NCBI GenBank assembly: GCA_030059665.1
Contig: JANVYR010000001.1
Location: 704,001-768,000 of the forward strand
DNA: 64,000 nt
From: Candidatus Calditenuis fumarioli
GTDB lineage: Archaea > Thermoproteota > Nitrososphaeria_A > Caldarchaeales > Calditenuaceae
Reading direction: 5' to 3'
Below, piece after piece: positions 18,968 to 28,146 of this stretch (position 1 is its first letter; each line of letters begins with the position of its first letter). Under the pieces are notes generated by a model. The model saw only the letters and a list, made by a program, of their open reading frames with translations, searched no databases and was not told the DNA's origin. Position numbers and translations under genes: made by a program.

Positions 18968-19528
18968 TCAGCCGTTGCTTATGCGCTCCAGGACCTCCTC
19001 GAAGTGGGACGGCAAGTCCTTCAGGAGCTCGATGTCCGAGGCCGAGAACCTCTCCCGTGCGCCGTCGCCGAGCGACCTGACGTACTCCGCGATCACCTCG
19101 CCCCTTATCCTCGCCTCGTCGGGGAAGATCTCCTCTGATGCCGGCACCCGGAGACCGGCGTCTATGGCCCCCTTGATCGCAGCGAAGACCCTCGCGCCCT
19201 TTGAGGGCGTCCTCATGCCGATGTCCGCGATCGCCTCAGTGTAACCCTTGGCGACCGCGAGCTTCCCCGCGAGGTAACCCGTGAGGTAGGCGGCAGGGGT
19301 GTTCTTGGTCCCGGCCCTCCACCCATATTTCGAGAGGGCCTTCGAGGTCACCGTGAGGACCGTCCTGTCGCCGCCGGCCTTCGACTCCACCAGCTGGACT
19401 ATCACGTAGCGGTTGGTGCGCCTGACGACGAGCCTCGGCTTCCCCGACTTGACCAGCTTCAGCCTCGCCCTGTAATCGGTCACGCCCTCCCTTCTCCTCC
19501 TCGGAGGCATACGCTTCAGGACGGCCAT
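18968..19528 (-). CDS. rpl18: 50S ribosomal protein L18 (uL18)
   Basis: RRRREGVTDYRARLKL..SGKPRLVVRRTN, NTPAAYLTG, FAAIKGAIDAGL. Confidence 0.96.
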   Translation of the reverse strand: MAVLKRMPPRRRREGVTDYRARLKLVKSGKPRLVVRRTNRYVIVQLVESKAGGDRTVLTVTSKALSKYGWRAGTKNTPAAYLTGYLAGKLAVAKGYTEAIADIGMRTPSKGARVFAAIKGAIDAGLRVPASEEIFPDEARIRGEVIAEYVRSLGDGARERFSASDIELLKDLPSHFEEVLERISNG

Positions 19529-19532
19529 CCCC

Positions 19533-19952
19533 TCACCCCTCCTTCTTCAGCACGCCCATGTCGATGAGGAGGTTCCTGATGTCGGCGATCGACTTGAACC
19601 TCCCCGCCTTGACCTGCAGGTACAGCTTCCTGTAGAGCGACCTGTCGATGACCCCCCTGTCCCTGAGCCTCCTCAGGTACCTCCTCTGCGGCCGGACCCG
19701 CATTATCCAGCGCTCCTTCTTCGTCAGCGTCGCGTACTTCCCTCCCTTCCTCACCCTGGTCTCCTTGACCCTGTTCCGCGTCTGGCCCCTGACCGGTGCC
19801 GCGTAGATCGCCCCCTCCTCGATGAGGGCCCTGACGTCCTCCCGCGTTATGGCGTCCGCTATGTCCTCGAGCCTCTCCGGGTCGAACCTCACCCGGTTCT
19901 CGCCGACGCCCATGATGTCGGCCGCGAGCCTCCGCTGGAGCTTCAGCTGCAT
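19533..19952 (-). CDS. rpl19e: 50S ribosomal protein L19e
   Basis: LKLQRRLAADIMGVGENRV, DAITREDVR.LI, WIMRVRPQRRYL; ATG at 19952. Confidence 0.95.
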   Translation of the reverse strand: MQLKLQRRLAADIMGVGENRVRFDPERLEDIADAITREDVRALIEEGAIYAAPVRGQTRNRVKETRVRKGGKYATLTKKERWIMRVRPQRRYLRRLRDRGVIDRSLYRKLYLQVKAGRFKSIADIRNLLIDMGVLKKEG

Positions 19953-20016
19953 CTCCCAATCGCTCCCCTCCGATCGACTCATAAACCATTCAGCGAGGTC
20001 GCAGGAGAAACGCAAT

Positions 20017-20919
20017 ATGCACCCGTCCTCTGGTCCAGTCGGCTTGACGGTGCGGAAGGCAGTCCTGACCGCCGCCGGCTTGGGGACGAGGCTTCTGCCT
20101 GCCACCAAGGAGCTGCCTAAGGAGATGCTCCCGATCTTCGTCCCGGGAAGGAACGGGCCGGTGCTGAAGCCGCTCCTCCAGGCCATCTTCGAGCAGCTCT
20201 ACGATCTGGGCGTTAGGGAGTTCTGCGTCGTCGTCGGCAGGGGTAAGAGGGCGATCGAGGACCACTTCACCCCCAACTGGGACTTCGTCGAGCGCCTGAG
20301 GTCCTCGGGCAAGGACTCGCTGGTGGAGGAGCTCGAGAGGTTCTACCGGATGATCGAGGACTCCTCGGTGGTCTGGGTGAACCAGCCCTCTCCGCTGGGG
20401 TTCGGGGACGCCGTGAGGAGGGCGAGGAGCTTCGTCGACGGGGACTTCTTCGTCTGCGCCGGTGACACCTACATCGCGTCCCGCAACGGCCGTCACCTGA
20501 GACGGCTCGCTGAGCTCCATCGGAGGACCGGGGCCGACGCGACGCTCCTGCTTAAGCAGGTCGAGGACCCGAGGAGGTTCGGCGTAGCGGTGGTGGAGGA
20601 CTCGGGGGAGGGCGGGATCCTCGCGGTGAAATCGGTCGTCGAGAAGCCGGCCCAGCCGCCGTCTCGGACGGTCATCCTCCCGTTCTACGTCTTCACGCCT
20701 GAGGTCTTCAGGGCCCTCGAGCGGATTGGACCAGGTTACGGCGGCGAGGTCCAGCTGACGGACGCCATCCAGCTCATGCTCACCGAGGGCAGGAAGGTCA
20801 GGGCGACGGCCCTCGACGGCGACGAGGTCTGGCTCGACGTGGGGACTCCGGAGGGTTACAGGGACGCGGTCCTCCTCTCGTACAGGTACGCGATGGAGGT
20901 GTCCGCAGGTGACCGGTGA
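20017..20919 (+). CDS. galU: UTP-glucose-1-phosphate uridylyltransferase family (start at ATG 20017 or TTG 20044)
   Basis: KAVLTAAGLGTRLLPATKELPKEMLP, Q.SPLGFGDAV, VEKP, EVQLTDAI, DVG. Confidence 0.9.
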   Translation: MHPSSGPVGLTVRKAVLTAAGLGTRLLPATKELPKEMLPIFVPGRNGPVLKPLLQAIFEQLYDLGVREFCVVVGRGKRAIEDHFTPNWDFVERLRSSGKDSLVEELERFYRMIEDSSVVWVNQPSPLGFGDAVRRARSFVDGDFFVCAGDTYIASRNGRHLRRLAELHRRTGADATLLLKQVEDPRRFGVAVVEDSGEGGILAVKSVVEKPAQPPSRTVILPFYVFTPEVFRALERIGPGYGGEVQLTDAIQLMLTEGRKVRATALDGDEVWLDVGTPEGYRDAVLLSYRYAMEVSAGDR

Positions 20920-22318
20920 GGGCCGCAACGCCTTCGTCTCGAGGGTCGTCGACGGGATCGACATCGGGTCCGTCTCGGTCGTCGGCCTCGGTTACGTCGG
21001 CCTGACGGTCGCCGTGTGCCTCGCATCGAGGGGCTTCAGGGTCACAGGGATCGACGTGGACGCCGAGAAGGTGGAGGCGGTCAACCGCGGCAGATCGCCC
21101 ATCTACGAGCCCGGCCTCGAGAGGCTCCTGAGGTCCTCGCTGAGAAGGGGGACGCTGAGGGCCACGACGGATTACGGCGAGCTTGTGGTGACCGATGTCA
21201 CGTTCATCACCGTCGGCACGCCCAGCCTCCCGGACGGCGGCATAGACCTGCGCTACGTCGTCGAGGCCTCCACGTCCATCGGAAGGGCCCTGAGGTCGAA
21301 GGAGGGGAAGCACCTGGTGGTGGTGAAGAGCACCGTGCTCCCCGGAACCACCGAGCGGGTCGTCGCGCCGACGGTGGCCGATTCGTCCGGGAAGCAGCTA
21401 GGCAGCTCCCTGCTCGTCTCCGTCAACCCCGAGTTCCTCAGGGAGGGCTCCGCGGTCAGGGACATGCTGAGGCCCGACAGGGTTGTGGTGGGCGACGTCG
21501 GCGACGGCTCCTCCCGGATCGTCGTCGAGCTTTACAGGGAGTTCTACCGGAGGAGGATGCCCAGGGTTCTCGTGACGAGCGCGGTGAACGCCGAGATGAT
21601 CAAGTACGCAAGCAACGTCTTCCTCGCCGCGAAGGTGAGCCTGATCAACGAGGTGGCCCGGATCTGCGAGAAGCTGCCGGGAGCCGACGTCACCGTGGTC
21701 GCTGAGGGAGTCGGGCTCGACGTGCGGATAGGCCCTCATTTCCTCAGGGCAGGGATAGGGTTCGGAGGGAGCTGCTTCCCGAAGGACGTTAGGGCCCTCA
21801 TGTCGCAGGCGAGGGAGCTGGGGATCGAGCCGGTGATGCTCAGGTCGGTCCTCGAGGTCAACGAGCGCCAGCCTCTGAGGGCGGTCGAGCTGGCCGAGGA
21901 GGTCGTCGGAGATCTGAGGGGTAAGAGGGCAGCGGTGCTCGGTCTTGCGTTCAAGCCCAACACCGACGACGTCCGGGAGTCGCCGGCCATCAGGCTGGTC
22001 GAGGAGCTCCTCAGGAGGGGCGCGGAGGTCAGGGCCTACGATCCGGCAGCGGGCCCCAACGCGGCCAGGGTGCTGCAGGGGAGGGCTGAGATAGTGGGGA
22101 GCGTGGAGGAGTGTCTGAGGGACGCGGACGTCTGCTTCGTCGCCACCGAGTGGGAGGAGTTCAGGACGCTGACCCCGGATACCTTCAAGGGCCTGATGAG
22201 GAGGGCCGTCGTGATAGACGGCAGGAGGGTCTTCGAGCCCTCGGTCTTCTCCAGGGAGCTGGTCTACAGGGCGATAGGGTTAGGGCCTACTGTGGATGCG
22301 CCCTCAGCGGCGCGCTAA
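20909..22318 (+). CDS. ugd: UDP-glucose/GDP-mannose 6-dehydrogenase
   Basis: GLGYVG, VGTP, KSTV.PG, NPEFLREG, IKYASN, GFGGSCFPKD, AFKPNTDDVRES. Confidence 0.93.
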   Translation: MTGEGRNAFVSRVVDGIDIGSVSVVGLGYVGLTVAVCLASRGFRVTGIDVDAEKVEAVNRGRSPIYEPGLERLLRSSLRRGTLRATTDYGELVVTDVTFITVGTPSLPDGGIDLRYVVEASTSIGRALRSKEGKHLVVVKSTVLPGTTERVVAPTVADSSGKQLGSSLLVSVNPEFLREGSAVRDMLRPDRVVVGDVGDGSSRIVVELYREFYRRRMPRVLVTSAVNAEMIKYASNVFLAAKVSLINEVARICEKLPGADVTVVAEGVGLDVRIGPHFLRAGIGFGGSCFPKDVRALMSQARELGIEPVMLRSVLEVNERQPLRAVELAEEVVGDLRGKRAAVLGLAFKPNTDDVRESPAIRLVEELLRRGAEVRAYDPAAGPNAARVLQGRAEIVGSVEECLRDADVCFVATEWEEFRTLTPDTFKGLMRRAVVIDGRRVFEPSVFSRELVYRAIGLGPTVDAPSAAR

Positions 22319-23254
22319 GTACCAGTCCACGTACCTCCTCACCGTCTCCTCGAATCCCACCCTGGGCCTCCAGCCGAGCTCCCGTTGGGCCTTCGAGCTG
22401 TCGCTGTAGCTCACCAGAGCCTCGTGCGGTGCGAGCTCCCTTCTCCTCACCTCGACCCTCCGGTCCATGAGCTCCATCATCAGCTCCGCTAGCCTCAGCA
22501 CGCTCTGCGGCTCCCCCCTCCCGAGGTTGTAGATCTCGCCGGGCCTTCCCCTCTCGGCCGCGAGGATCGTTCCCTCGACCACGTCGCCCACGTAGGTGAA
22601 GTCCCTCTCCGCAGGCCTGAAGACGCCGTCGACGGTCCTGCCGTTCACGTCCACCGGCTGTCCGGACGCTATCCTGTCGGCGAAGACCTTAAAGACGATG
22701 TTCGACCTGCATCGCTCGCCGACGACGTTGAAGTACCTGACCGTTACCACCTCGAGGCCGTAGGACCTAACGTACTCCTTGCAGAGCTCCTCGCCGATCC
22801 ACTTGCTGAGCGCGTACGGCCCCTTCGGCCTCGGAGGCATCTCCTCCCTCAGGGGAGGCTGGTGGTCGCCGTAGACGCTGCTGGAGGAGGCGAATACCAC
22901 CCGCGGTGACGGCTCGGTTGTCCTGGCAGCCTCGAGGACGTTGAGCGTGGTCCTGACGTTGTTATCGATGAAGAGGTGAGGTTGCTCGACGCTCAGGCGG
23001 TGGGATGCGAGAGCTGCCAGGTGGAAGACGACCTCTGGTTTGAACCTCTCGAGCACCGTTTTGACGGCGTTCAGGTCGTTCAGGTCCAGAAGGAGCGCGA
23101 TCAGTCTGCCCTCGCCCTTGGCGCGCAGCAGGTCGTCGAGGTAGTTCTCCCCCAGGCGCGGGTGGCCGAGTGCGACGACGTCCTCGCCGAGTCCGATCAG
23201 GCGCTCGACCAGATGGCTGCCGATGAAGCCGAGACCACCGGTGACGAGCATCAC
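22304..23254 (-). CDS. NAD-dependent epimerase/dehydratase (extended SDR)
   Basis: TGGLGFIGS, HLAA, ASSSSVYG, YALSK, RYFNVVG, RDFTYVGD. Confidence 0.93.
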   Translation of the reverse strand: MMLVTGGLGFIGSHLVERLIGLGEDVVALGHPRLGENYLDDLLRAKGEGRLIALLLDLNDLNAVKTVLERFKPEVVFHLAALASHRLSVEQPHLFIDNNVRTTLNVLEAARTTEPSPRVVFASSSSVYGDHQPPLREEMPPRPKGPYALSKWIGEELCKEYVRSYGLEVVTVRYFNVVGERCRSNIVFKVFADRIASGQPVDVNGRTVDGVFRPAERDFTYVGDVVEGTILAAERGRPGEIYNLGRGEPQSVLRLAELMMELMDRRVEVRRRELAPHEALVSYSDSSKAQRELGWRPRVGFEETVRRYVDWYLARR

Positions 23255-23261
23255 GTCTGCT

Positions 23262-24872
23262 TCACCCGACGAGCTCGTCCACCATCATCGCCACCTCCCT
23301 TATGCCTGCGACCGAGGACCTGACGTCCTTGAGGATCGGAGCGGTCATCTTCTCAAGGCTCGACCTCGAAAGCTCACCCCGGGCGAAGTCCGTGTACGTC
23401 TTGAGCAGCGTCCTGAGCGACTCGTTCAGGAGCGTTGAGCTCCGTTGGACCTCTGAGGTCATCTTGCTGACCTCGGGACCGCGGTACGATATCCGCCTCA
23501 GCTCCTCGAGGATCGCATCGGAGGACCTCTTCACCCTCTGGACCCTCTCCCTCAGCGCGGGGAGCGCCGACTTCTCCGGAGACCTCAAAACCCGGGATAT
23601 CTCCTCGACCTCCACCAGCACCTCCTCGATAGCCTCCCTGACCCTGGAGAGCGCGGCCCTGTCGCTCTCGGCGATCTTCGGTCTCGAACCCCTCCTGACC
23701 CTGAACTGGGCCAGAACGGATCCGAGGACCAGCGCCAGAACGCCGATCGCCAGCGCGTATGCGCCCCACGGCTGGGCCGGAGATCCGGAGAGGCTGAGGC
23801 GGAGCGAGCTAAGCGGTGCGGGGCCCGGCAAGGGCACCGGGGACCTCAGATCGGCCACCGTGCCTCCGGTTGAGAGGAGCTGGACGACGTAGTCCGGGAC
23901 CTCCGCGAGCCTGACGCCCTCCGGCAGCGCTACCCTCACCCTGAAGCTCTCGACCGGGGCCTCGACCGGCAGGAATGGGTGGACCTCCAGACCGCCGTCG
24001 CGGAGGACGTACAGCCCGGCGTTGGAGACGTCGAGCAGCACCGAGAAGCCGTACCTCCATCCCTGCCGCAGCTCGTACCTCTCAGGCGTCAGGTAGACCG
24101 TGAGCTTCCCGGCTTCGGGGTCGAAGGAGCTCCTGAGGGTTCCGAGGTCGTCGCCGACCCTGAGGACCTTGACCGATCTCGCCTCGGGAAGGACCAGATC
24201 GACGGAGCTGATGCCGTTGACGTCGTCGTTCCTGAGGACCAGGCTCAACCTGAGCTTGCCGGAGTAGGGCTCGAACTCCTCGACAAGCGACTCGACCGAG
24301 AGCAGCCTGACTCCGGTGCCGGTGAAGGTGAAGGCGTTAGCCGATGGTTTGCCCGCGGGCAGCTCACCGAAGGACCGGCTGGCCGAGCTCTCCGCCTTCT
24401 GGTAATCCGTCGGGACCTGGGAGAAGGACGAGTCGGTCGGCAGGCGTAACGTCACGTTGGCCGAGTAGGTCATCCCCTCCATCACCGGGACGTCGACGAG
24501 CCTGAGGACGTAGGTGTTGGCGGTGCGCTGCTCTACCTTGCCCCGGAGCGCGTACCAGACCTCGACCACCTGCGACGTGGGCCTGATCTCGATCGCCACC
24601 GAGCCGTCGTCGCGCTTCCTGACATCGAACGACGCTCCGGAGACGTAGTGGGAGATCAGACCTCCGGCGTCCTCGCTCGGCACCAGCAACGTGAACGCCG
24701 ATCCTCCGTGTCCGGTGATCCTGTCTTTCACGATCACCAGCCCGTACCCTGTGACCTCGACGGTCCTCTCGACGAAGGCCTGGGAGTCCTCGGCATGGGC
24801 CGCGATAACTGCGGCGAGAAGCGCCAGCGTCATTGCCGTTGCCAGCAGGTGCGTCTTCATTTCCCCATGCAC
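23262..24872 (-). CDS. Signal-peptide, single-pass membrane protein with ribophorin-I (RPN1/Ost1)-like architecture
   Basis: N-terminal signal peptide, about 350-aa beta-rich ectodomain containing VGDDLGTLRSS and PERYELRQGWRYGFSV, one TM (AYALAIGVLALVLGSVLA), then an amphipathic helical cytoplasmic tail. Confidence 0.6.
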   Translation of the reverse strand: MHGEMKTHLLATAMTLALLAAVIAAHAEDSQAFVERTVEVTGYGLVIVKDRITGHGGSAFTLLVPSEDAGGLISHYVSGASFDVRKRDDGSVAIEIRPTSQVVEVWYALRGKVEQRTANTYVLRLVDVPVMEGMTYSANVTLRLPTDSSFSQVPTDYQKAESSASRSFGELPAGKPSANAFTFTGTGVRLLSVESLVEEFEPYSGKLRLSLVLRNDDVNGISSVDLVLPEARSVKVLRVGDDLGTLRSSFDPEAGKLTVYLTPERYELRQGWRYGFSVLLDVSNAGLYVLRDGGLEVHPFLPVEAPVESFRVRVALPEGVRLAEVPDYVVQLLSTGGTVADLRSPVPLPGPAPLSSLRLSLSGSPAQPWGAYALAIGVLALVLGSVLAQFRVRRGSRPKIAESDRAALSRVREAIEEVLVEVEEISRVLRSPEKSALPALRERVQRVKRSSDAILEELRRISYRGPEVSKMTSEVQRSSTLLNESLRTLLKTYTDFARGELSRSSLEKMTAPILKDVRSSVAGIREVAMMVDELVG

Positions 24873-24959
24873 GCTCAGCCCCCATCTCTAAAATCTTGAG
24901 TGGGACCCTTCGGTCAACTGCCAACTCTTTTGATCCGCTGAGACGTACGCTTTCAGGCT

Positions 24960-25565
24960 ATGCAGGAGATCGAGCCCCGGGTGCGGCCCTTCGACCCCCA
25001 CAAGAGGGGATACAGGGTGATGGGCGTCGCGGAGAGCTTCTCGCCCGACCAGCCGACGGCCACGCTCGGGGCAGTCGTCATGAGGGCCGACCTGATAGTG
25101 GACGGAGTGGCTCTGGGGAGGTGCAGGGTGATGGGGACCGACGCGACGGAGGCGGTGATCTCCTTGTACCGGTCGCTCGGAAGGGACGACGTCAACCTGA
25201 TACTTTTGGGCGGGTGCATCATCAGCCTCTTCAACGTGGTCAGGGTCAGGGAGGTGGCATCCGCGACGGGGCTGCCTGTGGTCTGCGTGACGTACAACCC
25301 ATCCGAGGGGCTCGAGGAGGTCCTCGTGCGGAGGTTCGGTCCGGATGCGGAGGAGAGGCTGGCCGCATACCGGGAGCTCGGAGGGAGGGAGGAGCTGAGG
25401 CTGAAGACCGGTTACACTGTCTACGTCAGGAGGGTCGGCGTCTCGAGGAGGGCAACGGAGGTGATGCTGAATTCGCTCACCGTCAGCGGCAGGGTACCCG
25501 AACCGGTCAGGCTAGCGAAGCTGGTGGCGAGGGCCGCGAGGTCGTTCCTCGGATCTTCACCGTGA
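24960..25565 (+). CDS. DUF99/UPF0215 endonuclease V-like protein
   Basis: GVAESF, V.RADLIVDG, G.DAT, LGGCIISLFNVV, VPEPVRLAKL.A. Confidence 0.85.
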   Translation: MQEIEPRVRPFDPHKRGYRVMGVAESFSPDQPTATLGAVVMRADLIVDGVALGRCRVMGTDATEAVISLYRSLGRDDVNLILLGGCIISLFNVVRVREVASATGLPVVCVTYNPSEGLEEVLVRRFGPDAEERLAAYRELGGREELRLKTGYTVYVRRVGVSRRATEVMLNSLTVSGRVPEPVRLAKLVARAARSFLGSSP

Positions 25566-26591
25566 GACGACGGTACCGGGCGGGACCACCACCGGCTCCT
25601 CCGGCCTCCCCACGAGGACCGCACCGTCTTGGACGACGGATCCTGGACCGATCACGCACCTCTCCACCCTGGAGCCTGCGCCGATCCTGGCGTCCTCGAG
25701 CACCAGCGATTCCCTGACGGCCGTGCCGCGTCCGACGGTTGCGCCCCTCATCACCGCAGATGCGATCACGGAGGCCTCAGGACCGATTGTGACCAGATCG
25801 TCGACGAAGGACGTCCTGAGAACCGATCCGCTAAGGACCTTCGCTTCCCTCCCCAGGTGAAAACCACCTCCCAGCTCGCGGTTCAGGTAATCGACGTTGG
25901 CCCTGAGCAGCTCCGCAGGCCCTCCCAGGTCGAACCACCAGCTCCCCTCCGACCTCAGGACCCCGATCCTCCTGCCCCTCTTGACCAGGGCGACCACCGC
26001 GTCCGTCAGCTCGTACTCTCCCCTCGGAGAGGGAGGCACGGAGGAGGCCGCATCGACGACCTCGCCCGGAAGGACGTAGATCCCCGAGTTGACCAGCGCA
26101 GGAGGCCTCACGTCCCTCGACTTCTCCGCGATCCCCCTGAGCAGGCCTCCCTCCACCTCGAGCGTGCCGAACCTCCAAGGGTCATCCCGGACCACGCCGA
26201 TCAGACCTCCGTCAAGCCCCTTCACCCGCACCATCTCCAGCAGCTCCTCGAGCGGGCCCCTCGAGACCGTGACGTCGCCGTAGACCAGAACGAACCTGTC
26301 CTCTCCCGCAATGAAGTCCCTCGCGGCCAGCAGCGCGTCCGCCGTCCCCCGAGGCCTCTCCTGGGCGGAGAAGCTCAGCCTCACCTCTCTAACGTCCGAC
26401 AGGGCCTCCCTGATCCGGTCCGCCATGTACCCGACGACGACTCGGACCTCCTCAACGCCCACCTCGGAGAGGGCCTCGATCGCCCGCCGCACGACGGGTT
26501 TGCCGGCCACCGGCAGGAGGTGCTTCGGCCTCTCCGACGTGAGGGGGTTCATCCTCGATCCGATCCCGGCAGCTAGCACGACGGCCCTCAA
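25557..26591 (-). CDS. Sugar-phosphate nucleotidyltransferase with left-handed beta-helix C-terminus
   Basis: LAAGIGSRMNPLT..RPK.LLPVAGKP, Q..PRGTADA, YGD, EK, RGEYELTDA; hexapeptide repeats. Confidence 0.9.
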   Translation of the reverse strand: MRAVVLAAGIGSRMNPLTSERPKHLLPVAGKPVVRRAIEALSEVGVEEVRVVVGYMADRIREALSDVREVRLSFSAQERPRGTADALLAARDFIAGEDRFVLVYGDVTVSRGPLEELLEMVRVKGLDGGLIGVVRDDPWRFGTLEVEGGLLRGIAEKSRDVRPPALVNSGIYVLPGEVVDAASSVPPSPRGEYELTDAVVALVKRGRRIGVLRSEGSWWFDLGGPAELLRANVDYLNRELGGGFHLGREAKVLSGSVLRTSFVDDLVTIGPEASVIASAVMRGATVGRGTAVRESLVLEDARIGAGSRVERCVIGPGSVVQDGAVLVGRPEEPVVVPPGTVVSR

Positions 26592-26665
26592 TCCACCGGT
26601 CCAGCGCGGAGAGCCACCTGAAAAATCAGAGCGCGGTTGTCGGGTGGGGGGAAGTCCCGAGGGCG

Positions 26666-27004
26666 TCAGCCGCGGGCGCTTCCCAGGATCCTCGCCAGCT
26701 CCTGGGCCTCCAGCAGGTTACCCTGGACCCTGAGCTTGCCGGAGAAGAACAGCTTGAACGGATCGGCCTGGCCCCTGAAGACGTCGATGAGGTCCGACGA
26801 CGCGGCTATCACGGTCGCCGTCGGGTTATTCGTCTCGCCCTCGTGGACGGCGATGCTGCCCGGCGATATGTGGAGGTAGAAGGGGGCGCCGTCGGTGGGC
26901 CTGAACTGGAACCTCCTCTCCTTCTTGGTCAGCTCGGCGAGGAGCTTCTGATCGGACGATATCCTGCCCACCAGCTCCCTGAGGGCCTCGTACGGTGACG
27001 ACAT
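26666..27004 (-). CDS. SCP2 sterol/lipid-binding domain protein
   Basis: PTATV.A...DL..VF.GQ.DPFKLFFSGKLRVQGNL..A..L. Confidence 0.88.
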   Translation of the reverse strand: MSSPYEALRELVGRISSDQKLLAELTKKERRFQFRPTDGAPFYLHISPGSIAVHEGETNNPTATVIAASSDLIDVFRGQADPFKLFFSGKLRVQGNLLEAQELARILGSARG

Positions 27005-27057
27005 CTTCCCTCGTTCTCAGATCGAGGGGCCATCTGATAGCTGTTCCGATCGACCGC

Positions 27058-28146
27058 TCAACGACGCGAGAGGCCTATCCCCTTGCAGGTGAAGAGCACT
27101 CCTTTTTCGCCGAGCTGCTGGATCTCGAAGGACGCTCCCAGGACCCTCTCCGCGATGTACGCGGCCGTCTCGGCGTGGCTCGTCAGCTCCGTTGCGCGGT
27201 ACCTCGACGTGCCGTCAGCGAGGGCCGTCCATATCACCAGCTGGTCGGAGAGGTGGGAGTCGACGGGCGCGCCGGTTGAGAGCTGCCTAACCGCCTCCTC
27301 CACGGCCCTCTCCGCCACCTTCTCCGCCGGTACCCCCCTCTCGCCGAGGGCGTCGAAGCCCATCCTGAGGCCGTTGTCGAGCTCGACGATGACGATGATT
27401 CCCGTGCCGGGGTCGGGAGAGCACTTCGGGTCGTCGCGCTGGAGCACCTCCGTCTCCTCGACCACGTCCTTGAATCCCCTGCTCCTCAGAAGCGACGACG
27501 CGGTCCTGACCATCCGCTCCGTTATGTGCGAGGGTAGGTTGCAGCTGTACGCGAAGACCCTGATGCGAACGGGCCTCGCCTCCACGACCTCTATCGGTTT
27601 GAGCCTGGTGACCGGCCTCACCCTGGCCCTCACCACCCCTCCTCCTCTCGGGTAGAAGCCCCTTCTGACCAGCTCGACCTCGGCCTGGACGCCCATCCTC
27701 CTCAGCGCCGGCAGCAGGACCTCCGTCACGTACTCGATCGGCGGAGCCAACGGGTTGTTGGTCCCTCCCCTCAGCTCCAGCTCCACCTCGCCCTTCGCGA
27801 AGGACGCCACCGGCAGCAGCGACTGGAGCATCAGAGTCGTGCTACCGGCTGTTCCTGCGTCGACCACGAACCTCCCGGACCTCACCGGGCCCGGCCTGAA
27901 CTCGATCGATGTCGAGCCGATCCTGAGGCCCTCGATGCTACCTCCAGTGAGGTCAGCCACGCCCCTCACCGCGACCAGGTGCTGAGGCCTGAGTCCAGGA
28001 GGGTTACGCCTCGCCCTGATGTTGATCACCCTCAGGGGCCTCCCGAGCAGAGCCGCAGCCGAGACGGCCATCCTGAGGATCTGCCCCCCTCCCTCCCCGA
28101 AGGACCCGTCCACGACCACCAGCTCATCTGAGACCATCGCCATCAC
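27058..28146 (-). CDS. rtcA: RNA 3'-terminal phosphate cyclase
   Basis: DGSFGEGGGQILR, IRARR..PGLRPQH, GTAGS..L, GGT, RRGFYPRGGG, VDSHLSDQL, HAET. Confidence 0.95.
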   Translation of the reverse strand: MMAMVSDELVVVDGSFGEGGGQILRMAVSAAALLGRPLRVINIRARRNPPGLRPQHLVAVRGVADLTGGSIEGLRIGSTSIEFRPGPVRSGRFVVDAGTAGSTTLMLQSLLPVASFAKGEVELELRGGTNNPLAPPIEYVTEVLLPALRRMGVQAEVELVRRGFYPRGGGVVRARVRPVTRLKPIEVVEARPVRIRVFAYSCNLPSHITERMVRTASSLLRSRGFKDVVEETEVLQRDDPKCSPDPGTGIIVIVELDNGLRMGFDALGERGVPAEKVAERAVEEAVRQLSTGAPVDSHLSDQLVIWTALADGTSRYRATELTSHAETAAYIAERVLGASFEIQQLGEKGVLFTCKGIGLSRR

